Below are positions 27,670 to 36,237 of a stretch of DNA of 54,791 bases, in pieces. A program made the translations under genes and the position numbers. This DNA comes from Alphaproteobacteria bacterium (lineage in GTDB: Bacteria > Pseudomonadota > Alphaproteobacteria > JAAXGF01). Location: positions 1 to 54,791 of the forward strand of contig JAYGED010000198.1 in the NCBI GenBank assembly GCA_046582565.1. Direction: 5' to 3'. The notes beneath the pieces were generated by a model. It made no database searches. It saw only the letters and a program-made list of their open reading frames with translations, and had not been told where the DNA came from. Every line of letters starts with the position of its first letter. The stretch's first letter is position 1.

Positions 27670-28653
27670 GTGCGCAAGATCGGCATCATCAGCAACCCTG
27701 GGAGCCACCACAATCTGCGCCATATGGTGGGGTTTCGCGAGATGATTACCAGCGAGCCGGACCTGCTGTACGTGGAGACCGACGATATGGTGGCCCTGCC
27801 CGAAATCTTCGCCGATTTCGCCCGCCGCGACGTCGGGCTGATCCTGATAAACGGCGGCGACGGCACCGCCCAGGCGACCATGACGGCGGTGCTGAACCAT
27901 GGTGACGCCAGCGAAAAACCACCAAGCCTCGCCGTGCTGCCCGCCGGGCGGACCAATTTGATCGCCCATAACATCGGCCTCGCGGGCAGCCCCGAGGTTG
28001 GCCTGGCGCGGCTGCTCGACCGCCGCCGCGCGGGCCTGCCTCTCGAGGAGATCAGCCACCCGGTGCTGAGCCTCGATCTGGGCGACGGCAGCCCGATAAC
28101 CCACGGCATGTTCATGGGCAGCGCCGCCTTTTATCGCGGCACCATGATGGGGCGCGATAGTTTCCACCCGGTCGGCGCGGCGGGCTCCGTCGTGGTCGGT
28201 CTGTCTCTCGGCCTGGCGGTCCTGCGCGCCCTGGTCGGGCGGCCCGGCGGGATTCTTCAAGGCCACCCTATGACATTAACCCCTGGGACATTAACCCCTG
28301 GCGGCGACTCGGAGGCGGCCCGTGAGCAAGACTATTTCCTGATCCTGGCAACCACCCTGGACCGTCTGATTATGGGTCTGTCGCCGTTCTGGAATGACGG
28401 CGATGGCGATGGACCCTTGCGCTTGACCACGGTGCGCTATCCCCCGCCCCGTCTGGCCAGCGCCCTGCTGCCCCTGGCGCGCGGGCGGCCGCGCCCCTGG
28501 ATGGCGGCCAGCGGCTACGCCAGCCGGCGCCTCGGAGAGTTCACCCTGCTGAGCGCCTGCCCGATCGTTTTCGACGGCCAGATTTTCACCCCGGACCCGG
28601 CGGTTCCGGTCACCATCAGCGGCGACCGCCGCTTGAGCTTTCTGCGCTGCTGA
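27670..28653 (+). CDS. Diacylglycerol-kinase-catalytic-domain lipid kinase (substrate unknown)
   Basis: GTG start. IGIISNPGS..LILINGGDGT..LAVLPAGRTN motifs of the DAGK_cat/YegS/sphingosine-kinase fold. Confidence 0.7.
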   Translation: MRKIGIISNPGSHHNLRHMVGFREMITSEPDLLYVETDDMVALPEIFADFARRDVGLILINGGDGTAQATMTAVLNHGDASEKPPSLAVLPAGRTNLIAHNIGLAGSPEVGLARLLDRRRAGLPLEEISHPVLSLDLGDGSPITHGMFMGSAAFYRGTMMGRDSFHPVGAAGSVVVGLSLGLAVLRALVGRPGGILQGHPMTLTPGTLTPGGDSEAAREQDYFLILATTLDRLIMGLSPFWNDGDGDGPLRLTTVRYPPPRLASALLPLARGRPRPWMAASGYASRRLGEFTLLSACPIVFDGQIFTPDPAVPVTISGDRRLSFLRC

Positions 28654-28657
28654 TCGC

Positions 28658-29425
28658 ATGGAGGCTTTGCGCAGTATCATCGCCGAGGAGACTGCCCGGC
28701 CGGTCCATGAGGCGGTCAACGCCGTGGCAGAGGCGATCGTTGAGCGCCATGGCGATGCGACCCGCGCCATGCTGTTCTACGGCGCCTGCCTGCGTGACGG
28801 CGCAGAAAGTCCACCCCAGGATGGGCTGCTCGATTTCTATCTGCTGGTGGAGCGCTACGGCGACATCCACGACGGCTGGTTTGCCGCCGCCGCCAATAGC
28901 CTGTTGCCGCCCAATGTGTATGTCATGGAGGTTCCCTGGCGGGGCCGGACCCTGCGCGCCAAATATGCGGTGATCAGCCTCGCCCAATTCGCCTATGGCG
29001 CCTCAAAACACTGTATCCAGCCGATGATCTGGGCGCGCTTTTGTCAGCCGGCCCGAATAGTCCATGCCCGCGACGACGGGGTGCGAAATGCCGTTATCGC
29101 GGCGCTTGCCGACGCGGTAACCACCATGCTTGGCAATGTCGGGCCTGCCGAAGAGCCCTGGGTGCGGGGCTTCACCGAAACCTATCGCTGCGAGCTGCGT
29201 CCCGAGGGTTCCGAGCGGGCGCGCCGCCTCTATCTCGCCGAGCCTGAGCGCTACGATCGCCTCGCCGCCCTGGCAAGCGGCGGCAACAGCGGCAATCGAA
29301 CGCCCTGGATCATCCGGCGTCTGGTCGGCAAGCTGCTCAACGGGGCGCGTCTGATCAAGGCTTTGTTCACCTACGACGGGGCGCTTGGATACGCCCTGTG
29401 GAAGATTAAACGCCATGTCAAATAA
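28658..29425 (+). CDS. Hypothetical protein with Tam41/Mmp37-like (phosphatidate cytidylyltransferase-like) features
   Basis: The motif order FYGACL..LDFYLLV..LPPNVYVMEV..GRTLRAKYAVISL..IWARFCQPARIV parallels the Tam41 pattern (YGSG..IDFIF.V..GVYFN....G..IKYGVIS..LY.AGR..KPV) as I recall it. 4 nt after the kinase stop. Confidence 0.4.
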   Translation: MEALRSIIAEETARPVHEAVNAVAEAIVERHGDATRAMLFYGACLRDGAESPPQDGLLDFYLLVERYGDIHDGWFAAAANSLLPPNVYVMEVPWRGRTLRAKYAVISLAQFAYGASKHCIQPMIWARFCQPARIVHARDDGVRNAVIAALADAVTTMLGNVGPAEEPWVRGFTETYRCELRPEGSERARRLYLAEPERYDRLAALASGGNSGNRTPWIIRRLVGKLLNGARLIKALFTYDGALGYALWKIKRHVK

Positions 29426-29608
29426 GGGCCAGGACGCTCATTGAGGCATGGTGAGGCGATAGGAATCCGCTGCCGGGCAGGCGGCAAATCTTCCCACCGC
29501 CTCGTGATTCGGCCCGATTAATTAAAACCAACCGATTGACAATAAACGATTTTCTCCATGGCATGAGGTTTGCTTATTAATTCATGTGAACAGCCTGAAG
29601 GAGGCACC

Positions 29609-30538
29609 GTGGCCGAAATCAACCCGACTGCCATCAATCCCTTTAATCGGAATGCCCAGGCACAGCCTACGGCGGCGTCCAGCACCATATCGGAAACGGT
29701 CATCAATTCCGCCCCTAATTTCTGGGGCGAAGATGGATTTACCTTCGGCGATATACTCGATTTGATCAATCCGCTTCAGCATATACTGATCGTCGGCACA
29801 ATTTATCGCGCCGTCACCGGCGATGATATATCGACCGGATCGCGTATTATCGGCGGCGGCTTGTTCGGTGGTGTCTTCGGTGTCCGCGCCGCCGTGGCGA
29901 GCGCCATTATCGAAGAGGTATCGGGCGAAGACGTGGACGAGCATATCATTGCCATGTTCGAGCGCGATGCAACGCCCGCGTCGGACGGCTCACCGGCCCC
30001 TGCCGTCCTGGCGAGCGCCGCCTATGGTCGCCAGGCCCAGGAAACGCCTGGAAGTGATTGGGCACCTCGCGAGCCGGCAACGGCAACAATGACCGTGGCC
30101 GCCCTGGCCGGCACCGAGCGCGACTATGCCTCCAATCCGGCTTTCAGCCGGGGCGCGCAGGAAGCCACGACAACGCCTCCGGTGGCAGATGTAGGGGCGG
30201 CTGATATCACGGACCCCGTGGTTGCAGCACTTCCGGTTGAGCCGCCCGTCGTACAGCTTTTGGCTGCGGTCGAAGAACCGCTCTCCCTCATACCCAGTCA
30301 AGCGGCATGGCTAGCGGCAGTGCCGCGCGTCGAGAGCGACTTCACCGCCACCGCCATTCGCTACGTAACGCCGCAAACCGGACTACAGATTGCCCAGGCG
30401 ATTACCGGTAATGGAGATTTAAAGCCGACGGGTGAGCTTAACCCCTTCACTCGCTTTGCCATCGACCGCTACAGCCAGCAGGCGCTGGCGGCGAAAATCA
30501 TGCGGGCCGAACCCGGCGTCGTCGATACTATATATTAG
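29609..30538 (+). CDS. Hypothetical protein (Ala/Pro-rich, no recognisable domain)
   Basis: GTG 29609 is preceded by GAAGGAGG. Glycine-rich hydrophobic patch IIGGGLFGGVFGVRAAVASAII. Confidence 0.5.
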   Translation: MAEINPTAINPFNRNAQAQPTAASSTISETVINSAPNFWGEDGFTFGDILDLINPLQHILIVGTIYRAVTGDDISTGSRIIGGGLFGGVFGVRAAVASAIIEEVSGEDVDEHIIAMFERDATPASDGSPAPAVLASAAYGRQAQETPGSDWAPREPATATMTVAALAGTERDYASNPAFSRGAQEATTTPPVADVGAADITDPVVAALPVEPPVVQLLAAVEEPLSLIPSQAAWLAAVPRVESDFTATAIRYVTPQTGLQIAQAITGNGDLKPTGELNPFTRFAIDRYSQQALAAKIMRAEPGVVDTIY

Positions 30539-30574
30539 TCTTGATCGAATTCTGAAAAGATACGCGTAGGGGCC

Positions 30575-31081
30575 ATGGACATCTTTGTCGACAGCAGCGG
30601 CACCGTCGAGTGGAACGGCAATATCATTCCCTGCGCCATCGGTGCGACCGGCGTCACCACGGATAAACGCGAGGGCGATCAGGCGACACCGGTAGGCTGC
30701 TTTCCCCTGCGCGTGGTTTATTACCGCGCCGACCGGTTTTCCCGGCCCGATACCCTGTTGCCCGTCGAGGCGATTGACCCGCTCGACGCCTGGTCCGACG
30801 AGTCCACCGATCCGGCTTACAACAGCCTGATACGCCAGCCCTATGAAACCAGCTTTGAGCTGATGTGGCGCGAGGACCATATCTACGACATTGTCGTCAC
30901 CATCGGCTATAACGACGATCCGGCGGTGCCCGGCATGGGCAGTGCGATTTTCCTGCATGTCGCGCGGGCCGATTATTCGCCGACCCAGGGATGCGTCGCG
31001 GTCAGCCTGGACAACCTGCTGCGCATCCTTGCCGACTGCGACGAAACCAGCCGTATCTGTATCGAGTCAGGAAGAGATTAA
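30575..31081 (+). CDS. L,D-transpeptidase (YkuD) family protein
   Basis: Catalytic motif GSAIFLHVARADYSPTQGCVAV (His..Gly-Cys). Confidence 0.75.
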   Translation: MDIFVDSSGTVEWNGNIIPCAIGATGVTTDKREGDQATPVGCFPLRVVYYRADRFSRPDTLLPVEAIDPLDAWSDESTDPAYNSLIRQPYETSFELMWREDHIYDIVVTIGYNDDPAVPGMGSAIFLHVARADYSPTQGCVAVSLDNLLRILADCDETSRICIESGRD

Positions 31082-31791
31082 GGCTGGTTGCTCCTTAAGG
31101 CGCCGCCTTCTTTCCCGTGGGGCGGTCTTTGACCGAAAATCGCTGTGCCGACCCGCACATGGCTGGCGCCGAGCGCTATGGCGACCCCGAAATCGGCGCT
31201 CATGCCCATGCTCAAGCGGTCGAGGCCATGGCGTTTTGCGATCTCGGCGAGCAGGGCAAAATGCAGCGCCGGTTCTTCGTCGATCGGCGGTATGCACATC
31301 AAGCCGACCACCGGCAGGGACAAGTCGTTGCGGCAGAGGTCAATGAAATCGTCGGCCTCGCCGGGCATGATACCGGCCTTGTTCGGCTCTTCCCCGGTAT
31401 TGATCTCAATGAAACAGGGGATTACGCGCGAAATTCGATCCATTTCAGCGGCCAGTGCGCGGGCCAGTTTCGGCCTGTCCAAGGTTTCAATCACATCGAA
31501 CAGAGCGAGGGCTTGGCGGACCTTGTTGGTCTGTAACGGCCCGACCAGGTGAAGTTCGATGTCGGGGAATTGCGCCTTGAGAGCGGGCCATTTTGCGGCG
31601 GCTTCCTGAACCCGGTTTTCACCGAATACCCGGTGGCCGCCTTCAAGCACCGGCAGGATTCGATCGCTCTGGTGGATCTTCGAAATGGCCACCAGGGTGA
31701 TATCGCCGGTGGCGCGGCCGGCCTTTTCCGCGGCGGCGCCGATTGACGCGCGGACCGCGGCGAGATTTGCCGCTACATCAACTTCCGTCAT
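31078..31791 (-). CDS. yggS: YggS-family pyridoxal-phosphate homeostasis protein
   Basis: VAISKIHQ..VFGENRVQEA..HLVGPLQTNK..LSMGMSADF. Confidence 0.9.
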   Translation of the reverse strand: MTEVDVAANLAAVRASIGAAAEKAGRATGDITLVAISKIHQSDRILPVLEGGHRVFGENRVQEAAAKWPALKAQFPDIELHLVGPLQTNKVRQALALFDVIETLDRPKLARALAAEMDRISRVIPCFIEINTGEEPNKAGIMPGEADDFIDLCRNDLSLPVVGLMCIPPIDEEPALHFALLAEIAKRHGLDRLSMGMSADFGVAIALGASHVRVGTAIFGQRPPHGKEGGALRSNQP

Positions 31792-33029
31792 GAACGAGCG
31801 AACTCGGCGACGATATAATCGACGATCGCCTGGGCGCATTCATCGACAGTGCCGCGATCCGTATCGACCACCATATCGGGGTTCTCGGGTGCCTCATAGG
31901 GCGCGGAAATGCCTGTAAAATCAGCAATTTCTCCGCTTCGGGCGCGTTTGTAGAGGCCCTTGGGATCGCGCCGCTCGCACACCGCCAGGTCGGCGTGAAT
32001 GTAGATCTCATGAAAGCGGCCCGCGCCCAGGTCGTCGGCCGCCGCACGGGCGCGGTTGCGGTCCGACAGATAGGGCGAGATGAAGGCGCTGATGATCAGA
32101 AAACCGGCGTCGGCAAATAGCGCCGCCACCTGACCGACCCGGCGAATATTCTCGGCGCGGTCGTCGGGCGAGAACCACAGATTGGCGTTCAGACCCCGGC
32201 GCATATTGTCGCCGTCGAGTACATAGGCCTGAAAATTCAGACGAAACAGCCGCTGCTCGACCTCGACGGCGAGGGTCGATTTACCCGATCCGGAAAGGCC
32301 GGTGAACCACACCACACCGCCGCGATGACCGTTGCGAGCGGCGCGCGTCTCGGCCGAGATACCGTGTTCAACGGCGGTAACATTGGTGCTTTTTACATCA
32401 ATCAGCCCGCGCTGATCCGGATAGCCCTCCATGTCGATGACGCCCACTGCAACGGTGACCTCCCCCTCAAGCAATGTGAAGTGGCCGGTGGCCGCCACGG
32501 TGGTAAATTCATCGAGAGCAAGCAGTTCGGACGCTCTGACGATCAGTTCTCCCGTCTCGTCCGGATGAATTTTGACGGGTATTTCGCGGCCCTGGAGGCA
32601 GAGCCCGAAGCTCCGGTTTTCGGGGCGCGTTGACCCGTTGAGCCAAACCACCCTGGCGCGGAACACATCGGTTTCCTGGGGAAGATCGTCGAGATGGCTG
32701 GCCAGGTCGCCGGCCCCGACGGCAAGGTGCTGATCGAGGGTGACAGCGACTGAGCCGCCCTGCTCCTCGAGATCGATCACCCTGGCAGTGAGGTGCGACG
32801 GGGAAAACATAATCTCATCGCCAACCGCCAGACGGCCACACAACAGCCGGCCCGTCACTTCTCGGCCGGTGGTTGACTCGATCGCCAAGCGAAACGGTAA
32901 ATCCGCCGCAATTTCCGCCATGGCGCCGGTGAACAGGGCTTCAAAGCGCGCCCTATCCTCCGGATCGCGAATGATCAGGCGATCAGGGAGAGACTCCAAC
33001 AGGTTCGGGCCGGCGACAACAGTTTTCAT
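31788..33029 (-). CDS. cysC: Adenylylsulfate (APS) kinase fused to CysN/NodQ-like beta-barrel domains II-III; no GTPase domain
   Basis: C-terminus VVWFTGLSGSGKSTLA..VLDGDNMRRGLN..ISPY.. is CysC. The N-terminal 200 aa (FRLAIES..GRLAVGDEIMFSPS..FRARVVWL..TGHFTLLE..TVAVGVI) resemble EF-Tu-type domains II/III of CysN. ATG 33029. Confidence 0.8.
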   Translation of the reverse strand: MKTVVAGPNLLESLPDRLIIRDPEDRARFEALFTGAMAEIAADLPFRLAIESTTGREVTGRLLCGRLAVGDEIMFSPSHLTARVIDLEEQGGSVAVTLDQHLAVGAGDLASHLDDLPQETDVFRARVVWLNGSTRPENRSFGLCLQGREIPVKIHPDETGELIVRASELLALDEFTTVAATGHFTLLEGEVTVAVGVIDMEGYPDQRGLIDVKSTNVTAVEHGISAETRAARNGHRGGVVWFTGLSGSGKSTLAVEVEQRLFRLNFQAYVLDGDNMRRGLNANLWFSPDDRAENIRRVGQVAALFADAGFLIISAFISPYLSDRNRARAAADDLGAGRFHEIYIHADLAVCERRDPKGLYKRARSGEIADFTGISAPYEAPENPDMVVDTDRGTVDECAQAIVDYIVAEFARS

Positions 33030-33146
33030 GGCTTGGACATGTGATGACAAGAATGGCGAGCACTGTACGGGATATCGTCCGCATTTATACGGTGACGTGC
33101 TATAGCTTGCCCATTGAAATCTGGTCAAATAGAGGGGAAAGCATCC

Positions 33147-33824
33147 GTGGATCAAGAGTTCGTCTATATCGGTCCGCGAAAAATTGCGGTCTGGCCTGAA
33201 AACCAGCCGATTAAACCCATCGTTACGCCGATAATGACCACCCGGTTCGGCGATGCCGATCAGTATCATGACGGGCTGATATCAAAAATTCTCAAGGTGG
33301 AACAAGAGCTTCGCATATCTTCTCCGCCCGCTACCCGCTGTCTCGGCGGGCAAAAAATCCACAAGGCCATCCATGAGAAATGGAACTGTCCCGAGCTTGA
33401 TCTGGTAAAAGCGCGGGCCATCGCCTTGTTCAAGCGGACTCTCAATGCCAAGCAGGCCCATATCGACGGCTTCTGGATAAACATCTACCGGCAATGGGAA
33501 TCCGTCGGTCCCCATTGTCATCGCCGCGCCATGGCGAGCATGGTCTATTGTGTCGATAACGGCGACGAGGACCCGGACTGCCCCTTGAGCGGCCGTTTCT
33601 CCTTCATCGATCCGCGTATCGAAGCCTGCTGCCAGCTTGAGCCCGGCCATATGACCCACCCACTGATGCCCGAATTGACGGCGGGCACCATGCTGATCTG
33701 GCCGGGCAATCTGCTGCATGCGGTGTCGGCCTACGCCGGCACCAAGCCGAGAATCACCATCGCCTGGAACATCAATGATCGTGAACTGCCCGGCTCTTTG
33801 GGCGACGCCTTCAAGTCAGCTTAA
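33147..33824 (+). CDS. 2OG-Fe(II) oxygenase-like protein (TIGR02466 / 2OG-FeII_Oxy_5-like); start uncertain (TTG 33114, GTG 33147)
   Basis: GPHCHRRAMASMVYC..GRFSFIDPR..GTMLIWPGNLLHAVS..RITIAWNI pattern. GAGGGG lies upstream of GTG 33147. Confidence 0.55.
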   Translation: MDQEFVYIGPRKIAVWPENQPIKPIVTPIMTTRFGDADQYHDGLISKILKVEQELRISSPPATRCLGGQKIHKAIHEKWNCPELDLVKARAIALFKRTLNAKQAHIDGFWINIYRQWESVGPHCHRRAMASMVYCVDNGDEDPDCPLSGRFSFIDPRIEACCQLEPGHMTHPLMPELTAGTMLIWPGNLLHAVSAYAGTKPRITIAWNINDRELPGSLGDAFKSA

Positions 33825-33836
33825 AATACCAGTGCG

Positions 33837-34688
33837 CTAGAATCTGGGGCCGCCCTTATCGTTGAGATAGCCGTGTTCGGCCATGACCTCGCTATGGCGT
33901 TCGATCATTCCCTCGACCTGCTCCGCCGTCAATTCCTTGCGCCAGGCGCCGGTCTTACCCTTACGAAAGAAAACCCGATTGTCGATCGGCACGGCCTCGA
34001 CGAAACCGTCTTCTTTCTCTTGATTGGCCAACACCTTGAATGAGCTAAATTTTATTGCTTTTTTCAATCGCGGTGTTTCCAGCGGCAGGCCGAGAAATTT
34101 GATCAGGGCGCGCCATGTCTTCTCGGGCTGGATGGTCATATCCTCATAGCGGATGGTATGGAGCTTGAGCCCTTCGGCCTGAGTCCAGCTTCGCACATGG
34201 GTGCTCCAGCTGCCGAGATATTGATACACCTGATTGCCGTGCAGCGGGGCTGTGGTTTCTTCGGAATCCATGGCGGCAATCGCTCGATCATAGGAAATAC
34301 CGTAGTGGTGCGCATAGGACACCGCCACATCCAAAGGATTTCTGACGACATATATGGCGCCCGCCGTCGCGTCAGGGGTGATTGTTGGAATATTGTCGAG
34401 GACGGATATGGCGTTATGGGTCTTGACGAATACCGTGTCCGGGCTTGATTGGGCGAACATCTCATGCACCTTGGGGCGCAGGGCCTGAATTTCTTCGGCG
34501 GTCATTGCGTCGACCGGCCCGCCGGCGACCTGCTCAAAGGGCGCCGCGATGCCGTCGCCGAGGATGAATTGCGGCAGATCATCGATCGGCATCGGCTCGG
34601 CGGGGTTTTTCAGATAGTTGGCGATAAACGCCCTAAGCCAGGTATTTCCTGACTTTGGATAAGACGCCATCCAGAGAATACCTGGCAT
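33837..34688 (-). CDS. Cytosolic-SULT-type (Sulfotransfer_1-like) sulfotransferase
   Basis: SYPKSGNTWLR (5'-PSB), VRNPLDVAVSY (3'-PB) and FRKGKTGAWRKELT closely mirror the animal SULT motifs YPKSGTTW / RNPKDVAVSYY / RKGxxGDWK. Confidence 0.8.
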   Translation of the reverse strand: MPGILWMASYPKSGNTWLRAFIANYLKNPAEPMPIDDLPQFILGDGIAAPFEQVAGGPVDAMTAEEIQALRPKVHEMFAQSSPDTVFVKTHNAISVLDNIPTITPDATAGAIYVVRNPLDVAVSYAHHYGISYDRAIAAMDSEETTAPLHGNQVYQYLGSWSTHVRSWTQAEGLKLHTIRYEDMTIQPEKTWRALIKFLGLPLETPRLKKAIKFSSFKVLANQEKEDGFVEAVPIDNRVFFRKGKTGAWRKELTAEQVEGMIERHSEVMAEHGYLNDKGGPRF

Positions 34689-34818
34689 TGCAAACCTCCG
34701 AGCTAACGGGACAAGGGCAACAAACGGCGATCCCGAGCCGTCGATTTAAGGCGCAAGATTCGTTTCATGCTTGTGAGAATTGCTTTTTATCCCAGCTTGG
34801 GACGGCCCGCAACAAAAT

Positions 34819-34844
34819 GGGGGCGGGAAATTAATCCCGCCCCC
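34819..34844 (-). terminator. Hairpin terminator downstream of porin 1
   Basis: GGGGGCGGGA-aattaa-TCCCGCCCCC stem-loop 33 nt after the porin stop. Only a weak T-tract follows. Confidence 0.55.
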
Positions 34845-34876
34845 AAATCGAAAACTTCTATTACGTGAAACGTACG

Positions 34877-36007
34877 TTAGAAGCCTGCATTGATGCCGAT
34901 GGCAACAGCAACACCGTCGGTGTCGCCGGCGCTGCCGGCAGTATCGTCTTCGCGGTCGATGGAGAGGAACGTAATGTGAGTCCTAAGCCCTGGCCCAAGC
35001 GTGTAGCTTGCGGCGACGGCGAAGTACTCGTTCTCTACATCACCTGCATTGGCCACTATGCCTTCTTCCTGACCATGGAAGTAGGTCATGCTGAAGCCAA
35101 AGGGTCCGGTCGAGTAGCTCGCACCGATGTTGTACGAAGAGCCTTCGCTGGACTGTAAGTTGCCGGCTTGCGCATGGCCCTCGGCGACATTGGCGAAACT
35201 AGCGCCGACACTGATGCCGCCGACGCCGACGCCGACACCACCGTTGAACGCCAGATAATCGTCGAACCCAGCCGTCTCGACCGTAGACGGCGCATTCGCA
35301 CCCGCCACACCGGCGGTGACTTCAACGCTGACGTCATTCCAACCACCGGAATAGCTGAGACCGAGGTCCCAAGCGTTGGTGTAGGTAGTGGACTCAGTAG
35401 CCAGACCGGGGTTCTCACCGCCCGTTGACGACGCCAGGGGAGACCAACTTACGGTCAGCTGGAAGCCCTCGAAGCGCGGCGTGAAGTAGGTCAGCTTCTG
35501 ATCGTCGTTCGAAGCGTCGAGGACCGTCGAGTTGGCCGGGCTGCGGAAGGCGCCGCCCACGCCCACGCCGCCGGCGCCGGCGTTGGCCACGAAGTTACTG
35601 GTCCAACCGGAGTTGATCCCCACGCCGACGTTCGGCGCGTCGGTGTTCCAGCCGTAGCTGTAACGACCGGAGTTGATAGCGCCGATGCGCAGCGAACCGA
35701 AACCACCGGCGAGAACCAGATAGGCTTGGTCAATCTGATCGCCCTGCTGCCCGCCTTCGAGCTCGATGCGGCCGCCAATCTTGAGGCCATTGTCGAGTTC
35801 GCCATTCATCTTGAAATAAACTTCGGCGTTATTATAGACAACCGCCTCATCGGTATCAGCAGTTAATGCGCCGTCGGAATCTGTGAAGCCGATAATCTGA
35901 TTGTAGTAGCCACCGAGCTCATAGTGGAGAGGCTCGGCTGCCTGTACTGCGCCTGCGGCAAGCCCCACAGCTGCCAAGGCCGTCGTACCGTAAAGATACT
36001 TTTTCAT
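34877..36007 (-). CDS. Outer-membrane porin, paralogue 1
   Basis: Signal peptide MKKYLYGTTALAAVGLAAGAVQA, alternating beta-strand pattern and C-terminal ..GINAGF. Highly similar to the 37953-39080 product. Confidence 0.85.
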   Translation of the reverse strand: MKKYLYGTTALAAVGLAAGAVQAAEPLHYELGGYYNQIIGFTDSDGALTADTDEAVVYNNAEVYFKMNGELDNGLKIGGRIELEGGQQGDQIDQAYLVLAGGFGSLRIGAINSGRYSYGWNTDAPNVGVGINSGWTSNFVANAGAGGVGVGGAFRSPANSTVLDASNDDQKLTYFTPRFEGFQLTVSWSPLASSTGGENPGLATESTTYTNAWDLGLSYSGGWNDVSVEVTAGVAGANAPSTVETAGFDDYLAFNGGVGVGVGGISVGASFANVAEGHAQAGNLQSSEGSSYNIGASYSTGPFGFSMTYFHGQEEGIVANAGDVENEYFAVAASYTLGPGLRTHITFLSIDREDDTAGSAGDTDGVAVAIGINAGF

Positions 36008-36170
36008 GTGATCACCCAAACTATAGTTGGTTCCTAAACTTAGTGAAGCCATGACCCGTTATCGCCTTAGATATCGAGACTGACCCCCATCCCCATCCTC
36101 ATGACAGAGCGTGGAGGAAATAAAACCGCCCAAATCCATCAGCGTCAAGGGAATACCGGCCTTTAATGTC

Positions 36171-36205
36171 GCAAAAAATATACACTGTGGCTTTTTAACC
36201 ACAGG
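36171..36205 (-). terminator. Rho-independent terminator after the TPR-oxygenase gene
   Basis: On the minus strand, cctgtggtt-aaaaag-ccacagtg is followed by tatatttttt. Confidence 0.6.
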
Positions 36206-36237
36206 CCCTGATAGCAACGGTCAGGGTGGGTTTTGCT

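Noticed and set aside
29536-29564. Sigma-70-type promoter (TTGACA, 17-nt spacer, tggcat) upstream of the orphan gene
   Set aside because: The -35 hexamer is perfect, but the -10 hexamer matches only 3 of 6 positions. It is mentioned in a finding but not annotated as a feature.
34857-34872. parS-like half site tctattacgtgaaacg downstream of porin 1
   Set aside because: It has four mismatches to TGTTTCACGTGAAACA, and the left half-site is destroyed. It is unlikely to bind ParB.
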